Positions 20,653-30,874 are shown, counted from the first letter of the stretch. The stretch: 64,000 nucleotides of DNA from an uncultured Alphaproteobacteria bacterium (GCA_963847785.1 CAWKBE010000010.1:66831-130830); one strand, 5' to 3'. Numbers and translations: made by a program. The notes: generated by a model from the letters alone, not told the origin.

Positions 20653-21225
20653 TCACAACCCCCCGAGCCAGGTCGCCAGCGCCGCGATATCCTTTTCCGA
20701 GATTGCCAACATGAGATCGTGCATGCCAGGATTGTTGCCGCGGGCGCCGCTGCGGAAATCGGTCATCGTCTTGTCCAGATAGCCGCGGGCCTGGCCGGCG
20801 AGCCGCGGTTGCGTGCCCGCGCCTACGAATCCCTCCTGATGGCAGCTGGTGCAAACGACGGACGCATTGGCGCGCTGCGCCAATGCCGCCTCGTCGGCCG
20901 TCGCGTGCGGCTGTTGCAAATTGGGCCAGGCTTTTTTGGCGAAATATTGCGCCAGCAGCATCAGGTCTTCGCGCTCAAGTCCTTCCGCAATCGGCGTCAT
21001 TTGCTCGTTCTTGCGGCTGCCCGACTTGAAATCCCGCAGCTGGAAGAAGAGGTAACCCAGATTTTGACCCCAGATGACCGGCACCGGAATGACCTGCTGC
21101 GGCGGCACACCGTTGTCGCCGTGGCAGGCCGCGCAGATCTGCGCTTTCTCCTCGATGCTTTCGGCGTGCGCTGCCAAAGACAGAATGGATAGCGCGAGCG
21201 CCAGCGGGATCGACCGAGTTCTCAT
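20653..21225 (-). CDS. dihaem c-type cytochrome (c4/c-553-like), probable electron acceptor of the adjacent PQQ dehydrogenase
   Basis: Signal peptide MRTRSIPLALALSILSLAAHA and two CXXCH motifs (CAACH, CTSCH). Lies 85 bp downstream of the PQQ-ADH on the same strand. Confidence 0.85.
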   Translation of the reverse strand: MRTRSIPLALALSILSLAAHAESIEEKAQICAACHGDNGVPPQQVIPVPVIWGQNLGYLFFQLRDFKSGSRKNEQMTPIAEGLEREDLMLLAQYFAKKAWPNLQQPHATADEAALAQRANASVVCTSCHQEGFVGAGTQPRLAGQARGYLDKTMTDFRSGARGNNPGMHDLMLAISEKDIAALATWLGGL

Positions 21226-21309
21226 TTGACTACGGGCGCCTCTCCACAAAAATCGGACGGGGCCGTTTCCGGTCCCGTCCGCGCAATCGTCCGAGCTGTG
21301 CAGGTTTCG

Positions 21310-23040
21310 TCAGTCCAGCGTAAAGGCGACGATGCTGTTACCGCGCTTGGAATCGACCTGCACGTTGCCGCCGGCCGCCACAGCGACGAATTGCTTGCCG
21401 CCGACCGTATAGGACGACGGTGGCGCATTGACCCCGGCACCCGCCTGGAACTTCCACAGGATGCTGCCGTTCTTCGCGTCGTAGGCCTTGAACCAGCCGT
21501 TGCTCTCGCCGGCGAACACCACGCCGCCGGCGGTGGCGAGGATGCCGCCGATCATCGGCTGCGGCGTCTTCACCTGCCATTTGATCTTGCCTGTGTCGTA
21601 GTCGACCGCGGTCACGTTGCCGGCCTGGACGCCGCCGGGAACGTTGGTGAACGCGCCGCCGAGCCAGAGCTTGCCCTCGGGATAGGGCGCACTCGCGACG
21701 GTGTAGGTCATTTCCTGCTCGAGGTTGATCGCGTAAGCGAGGCTGAGACCGGGATTGGTCGCGATCGGCGACCATTCCACGCCGCCGTTGGCGCCGGGGA
21801 ACATCCGCGCCGACTTCGCATCGAGCGGCTGGGTCGGAGTCGGCAGCACCCATCGATCCTTCTGCGACACCATCGGCTCGGAGAAGCGGATCAGGCTGCA
21901 ATCCTTGCGGTCGTGCACGTAGATGTATCCGGTCTTGCCGGCGTGCAGGACGGCGGGGACAGTCTTGCCGTGTTCATCCTTGGAGTTGACCAGGACCGTC
22001 GGGCTCACTGCGTCGAGATCCCATATGTCGTGCGCGACGTATTGGAAATAGCAGGCGAGCTTGCCGGTATCGAGATCGAGCGAAACCAGCGAGTCCGTAT
22101 AGAGGTTGTCGCCGGGCCGTATGGCGCCATCGAGATCGGGCGACGGATTACCGACCACGAAATAGATGCGCCTGGTGGCGAGGTCGATTGATGGATTCTG
22201 CCACACGCCGCCGCCGAGCGTTTTGTACGGATCGCCGTTCTTGGCGAGCGCGTCCTTCTCAGCGGCGATGTCGCGATGCATGTCGCGGCCGGTGGCATCT
22301 TTGGTCGCCCACACGCCGACCGAGTTTTCCGGAATGGTATTGAAGGTCCACATCAGGTGGCCGTCGTTGGCGTCGAACGCCTTGACGAAGCCGCGGATGC
22401 CGTACTCGCCGCCGTTGGTGCCGACCAGAATTTTTCCGTCCACGGCCGTCGGCGCCATGGTCTCACTGTAGCCGAGCGATGGATCGGCGATCTGCTGCGA
22501 CCACACCGGCTTTCCAGTCTTGGCATCGAGCGCGACGAGCTTCGCGTCGAGGGTGGCGAGATACACCTTGTCGCCGAGCGCCGCGACGCCGCGATTGTTC
22601 GGCCCGCAGCAATAGACCGTGATCGGTCCCATGTCGTGCTTGTAGTGCCAGAGCTGCTCGCCGGTCTGCGCGTTCAACGCATAGACGTGGTCGAACGAGG
22701 TGGTAACATACATCACGCCGTTGACGACGATCGGCGAGGTTTCCGTCGATTCCCTGACGTCAGTCTGGAAAATCCAGGCGACGTGAAGATTCTTGACGTT
22801 CTTCGTGTTGATCTGACTCGCCGGGTGGAAGCGGGTTTGATTGTAGTTGCCGTTGGTGAGGAGGAAGTTCTTGCTGTCGCTCGCGGCGTTGTTGAGCATC
22901 GCCTGGCCGACAGTCGGTATCTGTACATTTGCCGCGGCTCCGCCGCCACCACCCCCGCCCGTCTCCTGCGCGGCAGCCACACATCCGAGCGGAAGCGCCA
23001 TCGCCCCCGCAAGCAGCATCGTTTTCCCGATTCGCGTCAT
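21310..23040 (-). CDS. PQQ-dependent alcohol/methanol dehydrogenase family protein (quinoprotein, 8-bladed propeller)
   Basis: Signal peptide, then W-motif repeats and the vicinal disulfide [10 protein letters not shown]. Active-site region HDIWDLDAV (D-x-D), GGVEWSP. Start ATG 23040. Confidence 0.9.
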   Translation of the reverse strand: MTRIGKTMLLAGAMALPLGCVAAAQETGGGGGGGAAANVQIPTVGQAMLNNAASDSKNFLLTNGNYNQTRFHPASQINTKNVKNLHVAWIFQTDVRESTETSPIVVNGVMYVTTSFDHVYALNAQTGEQLWHYKHDMGPITVYCCGPNNRGVAALGDKVYLATLDAKLVALDAKTGKPVWSQQIADPSLGYSETMAPTAVDGKILVGTNGGEYGIRGFVKAFDANDGHLMWTFNTIPENSVGVWATKDATGRDMHRDIAAEKDALAKNGDPYKTLGGGVWQNPSIDLATRRIYFVVGNPSPDLDGAIRPGDNLYTDSLVSLDLDTGKLACYFQYVAHDIWDLDAVSPTVLVNSKDEHGKTVPAVLHAGKTGYIYVHDRKDCSLIRFSEPMVSQKDRWVLPTPTQPLDAKSARMFPGANGGVEWSPIATNPGLSLAYAINLEQEMTYTVASAPYPEGKLWLGGAFTNVPGGVQAGNVTAVDYDTGKIKWQVKTPQPMIGGILATAGGVVFAGESNGWFKAYDAKNGSILWKFQAGAGVNAPPSSYTVGGKQFVAVAAGGNVQVDSKRGNSIVAFTLD

Positions 23041-23217
23041 GAATATCCTCCCGGTGCGACCGAAGCGCTGGATAGCGACCTTATTGCAGCCGCTCCTTAT
23101 GCGCCCGGAGCGTGACAACTGGACCGCTGGCTGTCAACGGAGGAGCAGCGACGCGACGAGCGACGGTGGGCCAAAGCCCCTAAGCCGGTATCGCTTGACA
23201 GCGAGCGGCTCCGGGCT

Positions 23218-23661
23218 ATGCTTAACTATATGGTTAAGTATGATGGCAGCCCACTCGATCGCACCTTTGCCGCGCTCGCCGATCCGACGCGGCGGGCGCT
23301 GCTGGCGCGGCTCGCCGAACAACGGACCCTTTCGGTCAGCGCGCTGGCGGAACCGTTCGCGGTGTCTTTGCCGGCGATCATGAAACATCTCGACGTGCTG
23401 TCCGGCGCCGGACTGGTGGCGCGTACTAAATCGGGCCGCATCGTCACCTGCCGTCTAGAGGCGGCGCCCATGCAGGAGGCGATCGCCTGGCTCAATCGCT
23501 ACGAACGGTTCTGGTCCGAGGCGCTGTCGCGCCTGGCCGATTTTCTGGAGGAGGAGTCATGTCCGTCGATACCGCCGTCAAACCGAGCCTCACAATCAAA
23601 CGGCACTTCAAAGCGTCCCCCGCCAAAGTCTTCGAAGCCTGGACCGACCCGGAAAAGATAA
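23218..23661 (+). CDS. ArsR/SmtB-family transcriptional regulator
   Basis: FAALADPTRRALLARLAEQRTLSVSALAEPFAVSLPAIMKHLDVLSGAGLV wHTH. The reading frame runs about 100 nt into the next gene, so both start and true stop are uncertain. Confidence 0.8.
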   Translation: MLNYMVKYDGSPLDRTFAALADPTRRALLARLAEQRTLSVSALAEPFAVSLPAIMKHLDVLSGAGLVARTKSGRIVTCRLEAAPMQEAIAWLNRYERFWSEALSRLADFLEEESCPSIPPSNRASQSNGTSKRPPPKSSKPGPTRKR

Positions 23662-23999
23662 AGCGGTGGATGGGACCGGGCGAAATCGTCACCGTGCGGG
23701 CCGAGAGCGACCTGCGTCCGGGCGGCCGCTATCTGATCATGATGCGCTCGCCGAGTGGCGAACCGCACGATGTCGGCGGCGTTTATCGCGAAATCGTCGC
23801 CGACGAAAAGCTGGTTTTCACTTGGGCCTGGAAATCCACACCGGAGCGGGAATCGCTGGTCACCGTGCTGCTCAAACTGGACGGCGACGGCACGCTGCTG
23901 ACCCTGACGCACGAGCAATTCGCCGACGAAGCGGTCCGCGACGGCCACCGCCAAGGCTGGAACGGCGCATTCGACAAGCTGGAAAAGCTGTTCGCATGA
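23559..23999 (+). CDS. SRPBCC-superfamily protein (Aha1/activator of Hsp90 ATPase homologue-like)
   Basis: 146 aa with FKASPAKVFEAWTDPEKIKRWMGP...VGGVYREIVADEKLVFTW...GWNGAFDKL, the typical partner of ArsR regulators. Confidence 0.8.
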   Translation: MSVDTAVKPSLTIKRHFKASPAKVFEAWTDPEKIKRWMGPGEIVTVRAESDLRPGGRYLIMMRSPSGEPHDVGGVYREIVADEKLVFTWAWKSTPERESLVTVLLKLDGDGTLLTLTHEQFADEAVRDGHRQGWNGAFDKLEKLFA

Positions 24000-24066
24000 G
24001 CGACACGATGGCGAGGGATACTGGATTCGAAACACCTGGTGCAGTCGCCAATACAGGAGCTATCCG

Positions 24067-24447
24067 ATGACCTGGTCACACGGTCACTTCCACTGGAACG
24101 AACTGATGACGCGCGACGTTGCGCGCGCCAAGAACTTCTATGCCGACGCAATGGGCTGGACTTTCGACTCGATGCCGATGCCGGACGGCGGCACATATTG
24201 GCTGGCCAATGCCGGTGATGCGGCGGTCGCCGGCATTTTCGACATCAGTGGCGCCGAATACAACGGCACGCCCGAAGGCTGGATGCCCTACATCGCCGTC
24301 GACGACGTCGATGCGCGCGTGAAGAAGGCGACGAAGGCGGGCGCCAAGGTCATGAAGCCGGCATTCGATGTTCCCGGCGTCGGCCGCATCGTCATCCTGA
24401 CCGAGCCTGGCGGCGCCGGAATCGGCTGGATGACGCCGGCATCCTGA
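24067..24447 (+). CDS. VOC-family (glyoxalase/bleomycin-resistance fold) protein
   Basis: 126 aa with HFHWNELMTRDVARAKNFYADAMGW...GRIVILTEPGGAGIGW. Confidence 0.8.
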   Translation: MTWSHGHFHWNELMTRDVARAKNFYADAMGWTFDSMPMPDGGTYWLANAGDAAVAGIFDISGAEYNGTPEGWMPYIAVDDVDARVKKATKAGAKVMKPAFDVPGVGRIVILTEPGGAGIGWMTPAS

Positions 24448-24459
24448 ACAGCCGCCGCC

Positions 24460-24843
24460 ATGCCGAAGAGCTCACGCGCGCGCAAGCCATCGGAGCAGCC
24501 AAAGTCGAGCGCCAAAGTCGCCCACGACCGCCAGCTGTTCGACACCTTGGTCACGCACGTGCGGAGCATCGAGCCCAAAATAAGGATCGGCTCGATGTTC
24601 GGCAGTCCGGCGGTATTCATGGGAAGGCGCATGGCGTTCTGCGTATTCAAGTCGGGCGTCGGCGCAAAGGTCCCGGCAGCGGACGCAGCGCGTCTGATCG
24701 CGTCCGGAGCGGCGACCTCGTTCCGGCCTTATGGCAAACCGGCAATGAAGGAGTGGATCGAACTTCAGGCCAGCCAAGCGGACGTGCCGAAGCTGGCGCC
24801 GGTCCTGTCGCTCGCGCTGCGATACGCAAAAAGTTCCGCTTGA
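24460..24843 (+). CDS. hypothetical protein, TfoX N-terminal-domain-like
   Basis: MFGSPAVFMGRRMAFCVFKSGVGAKV...FRPYGKPAMKEWIEL resembles the TfoX_N pattern. Weak, motif only. Confidence 0.45.
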   Translation: MPKSSRARKPSEQPKSSAKVAHDRQLFDTLVTHVRSIEPKIRIGSMFGSPAVFMGRRMAFCVFKSGVGAKVPAADAARLIASGAATSFRPYGKPAMKEWIELQASQADVPKLAPVLSLALRYAKSSA

Positions 24844-24847
24844 GACG

Positions 24848-25654
24848 ATGGAGGAAGCAATGACAACCGTCACAGAGCACAAGGTTGTGTCCCACGACGA
24901 ATGGCTCGCCGAACGAAAGGCGCACCTGGCGGAAGAAAAGGCGTTTACGCGCGCCCGCGATGCATTGAGCCGTAAACGGCGCGAGCTTCCCTGGGAGAAG
25001 GTCGAGAAAAATTACGTGTTCGACGGTCCGAACGGCAAGGTAACTCTGGCCGACCTCTTCGGCGGCAAAAGCCAGCTGATCATCTATCACTTCATGCTCG
25101 GTCCCCACTGGGAAGAGGGCTGCCCCAGCTGTTCGCTGCTTGCCGATCACTTCGACGGCGCGGTCGTGCATCTCGCGCAGCGCGACGTCGCCTTCGTCGT
25201 GGTGTCGCGCGCCCCGCTGCAAAATATCGAGAAGTTCAAAAACCGGATGGGCTGGCGCTTCAAATGGGTGTCGTCGTTTGGCAACGACTTCAATTTCGAC
25301 TATCAGGTGTCGGCGTCGCCGGAAGAGAAAACCACGGGCGTTACCATCTACAATTATGAGAAGACCGAATTCCCCAGCGACGAACGGCCGGGCACTAGCG
25401 TGTTCTACAAGGACGCCGCCGGCGAGGTGTTCCACACCTATTCGAGCTACGGACGCGGTCTCGATATGCTGATCGGCGCGTACAACTTCCTCGACATCGC
25501 CCCCAAGGGCCGCGACGAAGCTGGCCTGAAGTATGGTATGGCGTGGGTACGCCACCACGACAAGTATGAGGGCACGGTCGTCGATCCCAAGGCGAGTTAT
25601 CAGGAGCCCAAATCTTCCAAAGGATCGGCTTCCTCGGCATCGTGCTGCGATTGA
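24848..25654 (+). CDS. DUF899 thioredoxin-like family protein
   Basis: SHDEWLAERKAHLAEEKAFTRARDALSRKRRELPW, QLIIYHFMLGPHWEEGCPSCS and VFHTYSSYGRGLD are hallmarks of DUF899. Confidence 0.8.
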   Translation: MEEAMTTVTEHKVVSHDEWLAERKAHLAEEKAFTRARDALSRKRRELPWEKVEKNYVFDGPNGKVTLADLFGGKSQLIIYHFMLGPHWEEGCPSCSLLADHFDGAVVHLAQRDVAFVVVSRAPLQNIEKFKNRMGWRFKWVSSFGNDFNFDYQVSASPEEKTTGVTIYNYEKTEFPSDERPGTSVFYKDAAGEVFHTYSSYGRGLDMLIGAYNFLDIAPKGRDEAGLKYGMAWVRHHDKYEGTVVDPKASYQEPKSSKGSASSASCCD

Positions 25655-25791
25655 GACGGGAATATCCGGGTTCGCGCGAGAGCGGGGATTTTAATTTAGC
25701 TCGATTGGCAATCGGGATGTGGCGTTCGCTCCATCCCGGCAACCGGGTTCTGCTGACGTAATTGAAACCAAATCACAGGGAGGAAAATATA

Positions 25792-26184
25792 ATGTCGCCC
25801 GAACTGAAATATCTTGCACTGACGGCCATGCTCACGGCATCATTGTGGATTCCGTATATCGTCGCGCAAGTCGTCACCAACGGATTTCTGAGCCCACAGA
25901 ATTACGTCGATCCGACGCCGCGTCCGGTGCCGCTTTGGGGCAAACGTGCAGAACGCGCCTACATGAACGCCGTTGAGACGTTTGCGCCTTTCGCCGCGCT
26001 CGTGGTCCTGATTCAGCTCACCGGAAAAGCCAATTCGATGACAGCCTTCTGGGCCATGAGCTACTTCTGGCTGCGCGTCGCTCACGCCATCGTCTTTTGG
26101 GCCGCCATCCCCTATATCCGCACGATCGCTTTCGTGCTCGCTTATGTGTGCATCATCGGCCTCTTCGTCGAACTGATGAAGTAA
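25792..26184 (+). CDS. MAPEG-family membrane protein
   Basis: 130 aa from ATG 25792 with AGGGAGG RBS and four helices. ERAYMNAVETFAPFAALVVL and FWLRVAHAIVFW are typical of MAPEG. Confidence 0.75.
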   Translation: MSPELKYLALTAMLTASLWIPYIVAQVVTNGFLSPQNYVDPTPRPVPLWGKRAERAYMNAVETFAPFAALVVLIQLTGKANSMTAFWAMSYFWLRVAHAIVFWAAIPYIRTIAFVLAYVCIIGLFVELMK

Positions 26185-26193
26185 CTGCGCACC

Positions 26194-26272
26194 CGTCATT
26201 GCGAGGGGCAAACGACGACACAATCCAGGAAAAAGTCCCGGATTGCTTGGCAGTACGCGCCTCGCAATAACG
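26194..26272. repeat. REP-like nested hairpin element
   Basis: CGTCATTGCGAGG ... CCTCGCAATAACG outer stem enclosing CAATCCAGG...CCGGATTG. Belongs to the GTCATTGCGAG-type repeats seen in this bacterial group. Confidence 0.65.
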
Positions 26273-26291
26273 TATTGAAGGAACCGGCCGC

Positions 26292-27224
26292 TTACCGCGT
26301 CGGGACGGGCTTTTCGCCTCGATAATCGTAGAAGCCGCGCTGGGTTTTGCGGCCGAGCCAGCCGGCTTCGACGTATTTCACCAATAGCGGGCACGGGCGG
26401 TATTTCGAATCCGCCAGCCCCTCGTGCAGCACCTGCATCACCGAGAGGCAGACATCGAGCCCGATGAAATCGGCAAGCTCGAGCGGGCCCATCGGATGGT
26501 GCGCGCCGAGCCGTAACGCCGTGTCGATCGCCTCGACATTGCCGACGCCCTCGTAGAGCGTGTAGATCGCCTCGTTGATCATCGGCAGCAGGATGCGGTT
26601 GACGATGAAGGCGGGGAAATCCTCCGAGACCGCGATTTGCTTGCCGAGCTTGCTGACGAACTGCTTGGTGGTCTCGAACGTCTCGTCGTCAGTGGCAATG
26701 CCGCGGATGATCTCGACCAGTTCCATCAGCGGCACCGGATTCATGAAGTGAATGCCGATGAAGCGTTCCGGCCGGTCGGTCGAGGCGGCGAGCCGCGTGA
26801 TCGAGATCGAAGAGGTGTTGGTGCCGACGATGGCCTCGGGCTTGAGCGAAGGACATAGCGCGCTGAAAATCTTGCGCTTGACCTCTTCCTTCTCGGCCGC
26901 CGCCTCGATCACCATATCGCAGTCGGCAAGCTCGGCGAGCGTCTTCGCCGGACTGATGCGCTTGATGGCGGCTTCGCGCTGCTCGTCGGTGATGCGCTGG
27001 CGGCTGACCTGACGCGCGAGATTGCCGCTGATGACCGCGATCCCTTCGTTAATGCGTTCGGCGACCACGTCGTTGAGCAGCACATGAAGACCGGAGAGCG
27101 CGCAGACGTGAGCGATGCCGTTGCCCATCTGGCCGGCGCCGATGATGCCAACCTTGCGGATGGCGTGCGCCGTCCCTCCGCCATGGTCGCCGCGCGTTTT
27201 CGGCCGCTCTTTCACTTCGACCAT
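26292..27224 (-). CDS. hbd: 3-hydroxybutyryl-CoA / 3-hydroxyacyl-CoA dehydrogenase (NAD-binding)
   Basis: KVGIIGAGQMGNGIAHV Rossmann motif, IGIHFMNPVPLMELVEIIRG and C-terminal GRKTQRGFYDY. Confidence 0.9.
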   Translation of the reverse strand: MVEVKERPKTRGDHGGGTAHAIRKVGIIGAGQMGNGIAHVCALSGLHVLLNDVVAERINEGIAVISGNLARQVSRQRITDEQREAAIKRISPAKTLAELADCDMVIEAAAEKEEVKRKIFSALCPSLKPEAIVGTNTSSISITRLAASTDRPERFIGIHFMNPVPLMELVEIIRGIATDDETFETTKQFVSKLGKQIAVSEDFPAFIVNRILLPMINEAIYTLYEGVGNVEAIDTALRLGAHHPMGPLELADFIGLDVCLSVMQVLHEGLADSKYRPCPLLVKYVEAGWLGRKTQRGFYDYRGEKPVPTR

Positions 27225-27261
27225 CTTCGCTTACCTTCTTCGCGGGCGCTGCTACCAATCG

Positions 27262-28206
27262 TCAACGACCGCGCTTTTCGAGCTCCTGGGCCAGTTCCGG
27301 CAAGGCCTGATAAAGGTCCGCCACCAAGCCGTAGTCGGCGACCTGAAAGATGGGTGCTTCCTCATCCTTGTTGATAGCAACAATGACCTTCGAATCCTTC
27401 ATTCCGGCGAGATGCTGAATAGCACCTGAAATGCCGACCGCGATATAGAGGTCCGGCGCTACCACTTTGCCGGTCTGGCCGACCTGCCAGTCGTTGGGTG
27501 CATAGCCGGCGTCTACCGCGGCGCGTGAGGCGCCGACTGCCGCGCCGAGCTTGTCGGCGACCGGCTCTATATATTTGGTGAAGTTGTCCCGGCTTTGCAT
27601 CGCCCGGCCGCCGGAAATGATGATCTTCGCCGAGGTCAGTTCCGGGCGCTCCGACTTCGAGAGTTCCTCGCCGACGAAGCCGGAAATGCCGGGGTCGGCC
27701 GCAATTGCGGCCGGCTCGATCGGGGCCGCGCCGCCCTCGCCGGTTGCCTGGAACGCCGCCGTGCGCACGGTGATGACTTTCTTCGGGTCGAGCGAGCGCA
27801 CCGTTTGGATGGCGTTTCCGGCGTAAACCGGCCGCTCGAAGGTATCCGGCGCCACGACTTTGCTGATCTCGGAAATCTGCATGACGTCGAGCAAAGCGGC
27901 GACGCGGGGCATGATGTTCTTTCCGCTCGTGGTCGCCGGCGCCATGATCGTTTCGTAGGGCCCGGCGAGCGACACGATCAGTGCCGCGGTCGGCTCGGCC
28001 AGCATGTGCTCGTAGGCGGGCGCGTCCGCCAGCAGGACTTTCTTGACGCCATCGAGCTTGGCCGCGGCGTCGGCGGCCGGCTTGCAGTCATGACCGGCGA
28101 CTAGGATGTGGACGTCGGCGCCGATCGCCTTGGCGGCGGTCAACGCCTTGGCGGTCGAATCCTTCAGTGACTTGTTGTCGTGCTCGGCGACAAGAAGGGT
28201 CGGCAT
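27262..28206 (-). CDS. etfA: electron transfer flavoprotein alpha subunit
   Basis: 314 aa with FAD-binding PDLYIAVGISGAIQHLAGMKDSKVIVAINKDEEAPIF. Confidence 0.95.
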   Translation of the reverse strand: MPTLLVAEHDNKSLKDSTAKALTAAKAIGADVHILVAGHDCKPAADAAAKLDGVKKVLLADAPAYEHMLAEPTAALIVSLAGPYETIMAPATTSGKNIMPRVAALLDVMQISEISKVVAPDTFERPVYAGNAIQTVRSLDPKKVITVRTAAFQATGEGGAAPIEPAAIAADPGISGFVGEELSKSERPELTSAKIIISGGRAMQSRDNFTKYIEPVADKLGAAVGASRAAVDAGYAPNDWQVGQTGKVVAPDLYIAVGISGAIQHLAGMKDSKVIVAINKDEEAPIFQVADYGLVADLYQALPELAQELEKRGR

Positions 28207-28955
28207 CAGATCGCCCCCGCCTCGTTCTTGAGCTTGTCGACGAGCTCGCTGACGGTCTTGACCTTGACGCCGGCCTTGCGCACCGGCGGCTCGGCGGTCT
28301 TGACGATTTCCAGATGCGGCTTGGTGTCGACACCGAAATCGGCGGCGGTCTTCTCGTCGATCGGCTTCTTTTTCGCCTTCATGATGTTGGGCAGCGATGC
28401 GTAGCGCGGCTCATTCAACCGCAGATCGGTGGTGACGATCGCCGGCATTTTGAGCTCCACGGTTTGCAGGCCGCCATCGACCTCGCGCGTGACCAGGAGC
28501 GCCTCGCCATCGATCGCCACCTTGGAAGCGAATGTGCCCTGCGGCCAGCCGAGCAGCGCGGCCAGCATCTGGCCGGTCTGATTGGAGTCGTCGTCGATCG
28601 CCTGCTTGCCCATGATGATGAGGCGGGGCTGTTCGGCCGCGGCGATTGCCTTGAGTATCTTCGCCACCGCCAGCGGCTCGGTGTTGCCTTCGCTCTTCAC
28701 CAGGATGCCGCGGTCGGCGCCCATGGCCAGAGCGGTGCGGATCGTCTCGGCTGCTTGCGCCGGCCCAATCGAGACGGCGACGATCTCGGTCGCCTTACCG
28801 GCTTCCTTGAGCCGGATCGCCTCCTCGACCGCGATCTCGTCGAAGGGATTCATCGACATCTTGACGTTGGAAAGCTCGACGCCGGAGCCGTCTGACTTGA
28901 CGCGTATCTTTACATCCTTGTCGACCGCCCGTTTGACGGGCACGAGAATCTTCAT
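28206..28955 (-). CDS. etfB: electron transfer flavoprotein beta subunit
   Basis: [26 protein letters not shown]...[12 protein letters not shown]. Its stop overlaps the etfA start. Confidence 0.95.
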   Translation of the reverse strand: MKILVPVKRAVDKDVKIRVKSDGSGVELSNVKMSMNPFDEIAVEEAIRLKEAGKATEIVAVSIGPAQAAETIRTALAMGADRGILVKSEGNTEPLAVAKILKAIAAAEQPRLIIMGKQAIDDDSNQTGQMLAALLGWPQGTFASKVAIDGEALLVTREVDGGLQTVELKMPAIVTTDLRLNEPRYASLPNIMKAKKKPIDEKTAADFGVDTKPHLEIVKTAEPPVRKAGVKVKTVSELVDKLKNEAGAI

Positions 28956-29092
28956 GGCGTGGTTCGACTGTCCCGGTCTCATCGGCAGCCTCAGCCGCGC
29001 TGCGGGGCACGGCGATGCTGCGGTGCGGGAACGTACCGGCGGGCGCGCTTTTGGTCAACGCCAGGCCTCGGAATGGGTGAAAGGAGCGGCCG

Positions 29093-29876
29093 TCAGTGGA
29101 TCGGCCGCGTGAACGGCAGCGAGCTGGAAAGGCCGCCATCAACCGGGAAAGCCTGACCGTTGACGTAGGACAACTCGTCGCTTGCCAGGAACAGCGCCAT
29201 GGTGGCGATTTCCTCCGGCGCGCCGGCGCGTTGCAGCGGGTTGAGCTGCCCGATCTTGTCTTGCGTACCACGCTCGCGCGCAGCCTCGAAGATCGGCTGG
29301 GTCATACCGGTTTCGATCAGGCCCGGACAGATCGCGTTGACGCGCACGCCGGTGCCGAACAGCGCGGTGGCCGCGGTCTGCGCGAGGCTGATGACGCCCG
29401 CCTTGCTCGCGCTGTAGGGCGCGCCGCCCGCATTCGCGCGCAATCCCGCAACCGACGCGGTGAGGATGATCGAATCGCGGCCTTGTTTGCAGGCATGCCG
29501 GCATGTTTGACCGCAAGAAACGGCCCGATCAGATTGGTCTGCAGAATTCGCAGCCAGTGATCTGCGGTCTGCTCGAAGATCGAAACGAGACCGCCGCTGA
29601 TCCCGGCATTGGCATAGACGATATCGAGGCCGCCGAAGGCCGCCAGCGTGCTGTCGATGACGGCTTGACCTGATCCTCGTTGCCGACATCCGCGCCGAAG
29701 CTCTGCGCGGCGCCGCTATCGCCGCTGATGGTGCGCACGGTATCGCGCAGTCCCGTCGAATTCTGGTCGACGACGGCGACGCGTGCGCCCTCGCGCGCGA
29801 ACAGAATCGACGTAGCGCGGCCGATGCCGCTCGCGGCGCCGGTGATGATCGCAACCTTGCCATCGAGCCGGCCCAT
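29093..29876 (-). pseudogene. short-chain dehydrogenase/reductase (SDR) with two frameshifts
   Basis: N-terminus [21 protein letters not shown]...[11 protein letters not shown]. After a shift near 29663: [25 protein letters not shown]...[13 protein letters not shown]. After a shift at palindrome 29494-29505: [33 protein letters not shown]...NAICPG. Confidence 0.8.
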
Positions 29877-29968
29877 GAATTCCTCCCCGGTTTCGCGCGT
29901 TCGTCGCTTAGCGGCTCTGCCCCGGCACTGGAACAGATTGCGGCGGCACGCGGTCTTGTTCGCCCGTC

Positions 29969-30547
29969 TCAGCGATTCTGGCCCGGCTGCCACAGCACAT
30001 CGCGCGCGCCCTTGTCGTTGGCATAGCGGGCGGCGACGAACAGATAATCGGACAACCGATTGACGTATTTGAGCACCTCGGGCGTGATGCTTTCGTCGGC
30101 TTGGTCCTGAAGTTCGGCGATCAACCGCTCGGCACGCCGGCATATGGTGCGGGCGAGATGCAGATAGGCCGCCGCCGCAAAGCCGCCCGGCAGGATGAAA
30201 GATCGCAGCGGCTCAAGTTCGGCGTTGAGCCGGTCGATCTCGCTTTCGAGCCACGTCACCTGCGTCGCAGTGACCGTGAGCCGCGCGCCGCCCGGCCCTT
30301 TGCCCTTGTGGGGCGTGCACAGATCGGCCCCGACGTCGAACAGATCGTTCTGGATGCGGGAAAGCGAGCGATCGAGGGCGGCCACGTCCGCGGTATGCAG
30401 GCGTGCAATCCCGATCGCGGCGTTGGTCTCGTCGAGCGTGCCGTAGGCTGCGATCCGCAAATCGTATTTCTTGCGGCGCTCGCCGGTGCCCAAAGCCGTC
30501 GTGCCGTCGTCGCCGGTGCGCGTATAGATCTTGTTGAGGACGACCAT
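29969..30547 (-). CDS. PduO-type ATP:cob(I)alamin adenosyltransferase
   Basis: MVVLNKIYTRTGDDGTTALGTGERRKKYDLRIAAYGTLDETNAAIG, typical of the N-terminus of the PduO/MMAB family. Confidence 0.9.
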   Translation of the reverse strand: MVVLNKIYTRTGDDGTTALGTGERRKKYDLRIAAYGTLDETNAAIGIARLHTADVAALDRSLSRIQNDLFDVGADLCTPHKGKGPGGARLTVTATQVTWLESEIDRLNAELEPLRSFILPGGFAAAAYLHLARTICRRAERLIAELQDQADESITPEVLKYVNRLSDYLFVAARYANDKGARDVLWQPGQNR

Positions 30548-30577
30548 GGTTCGCCGCCGATACTTATTTGCCAAAGC

Positions 30578-30772
30578 CTATTTGGCCATCACCCAGATCG
30601 TGGCCATGATGATGACGATGGCGATGAATTGCAGGAGCACCCGCAACCGCATCAGCTTCTGCGAGGTGTTGCCGGAGCCGCCGCGCATCATGTTGACGAG
30701 ACCGAGCAGCAGCACCAGCGCGACGGCGCCAATGGCGATCGGAACGAGAGCGTGAGACAGGAAAGTGGCCAT
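30578..30772 (-). CDS. twin-transmembrane-helix small protein (HIG1-domain-like)
   Basis: 64 aa with two helices separated by MMRGGSGNTSQKLMRLRV. Confidence 0.7.
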   Translation of the reverse strand: MATFLSHALVPIAIGAVALVLLLGLVNMMRGGSGNTSQKLMRLRVLLQFIAIVIIMATIWVMAK

Positions 30773-30874
30773 GCCGCACCTTGTAGCCCGGATTGAGCGG
30801 GAGCGAAATCCGGGGCGGCATTGTGCGCATCCTTCGAGGCGCGCCTTCGGCGCGCACCTCAGGATGACGAAAGC

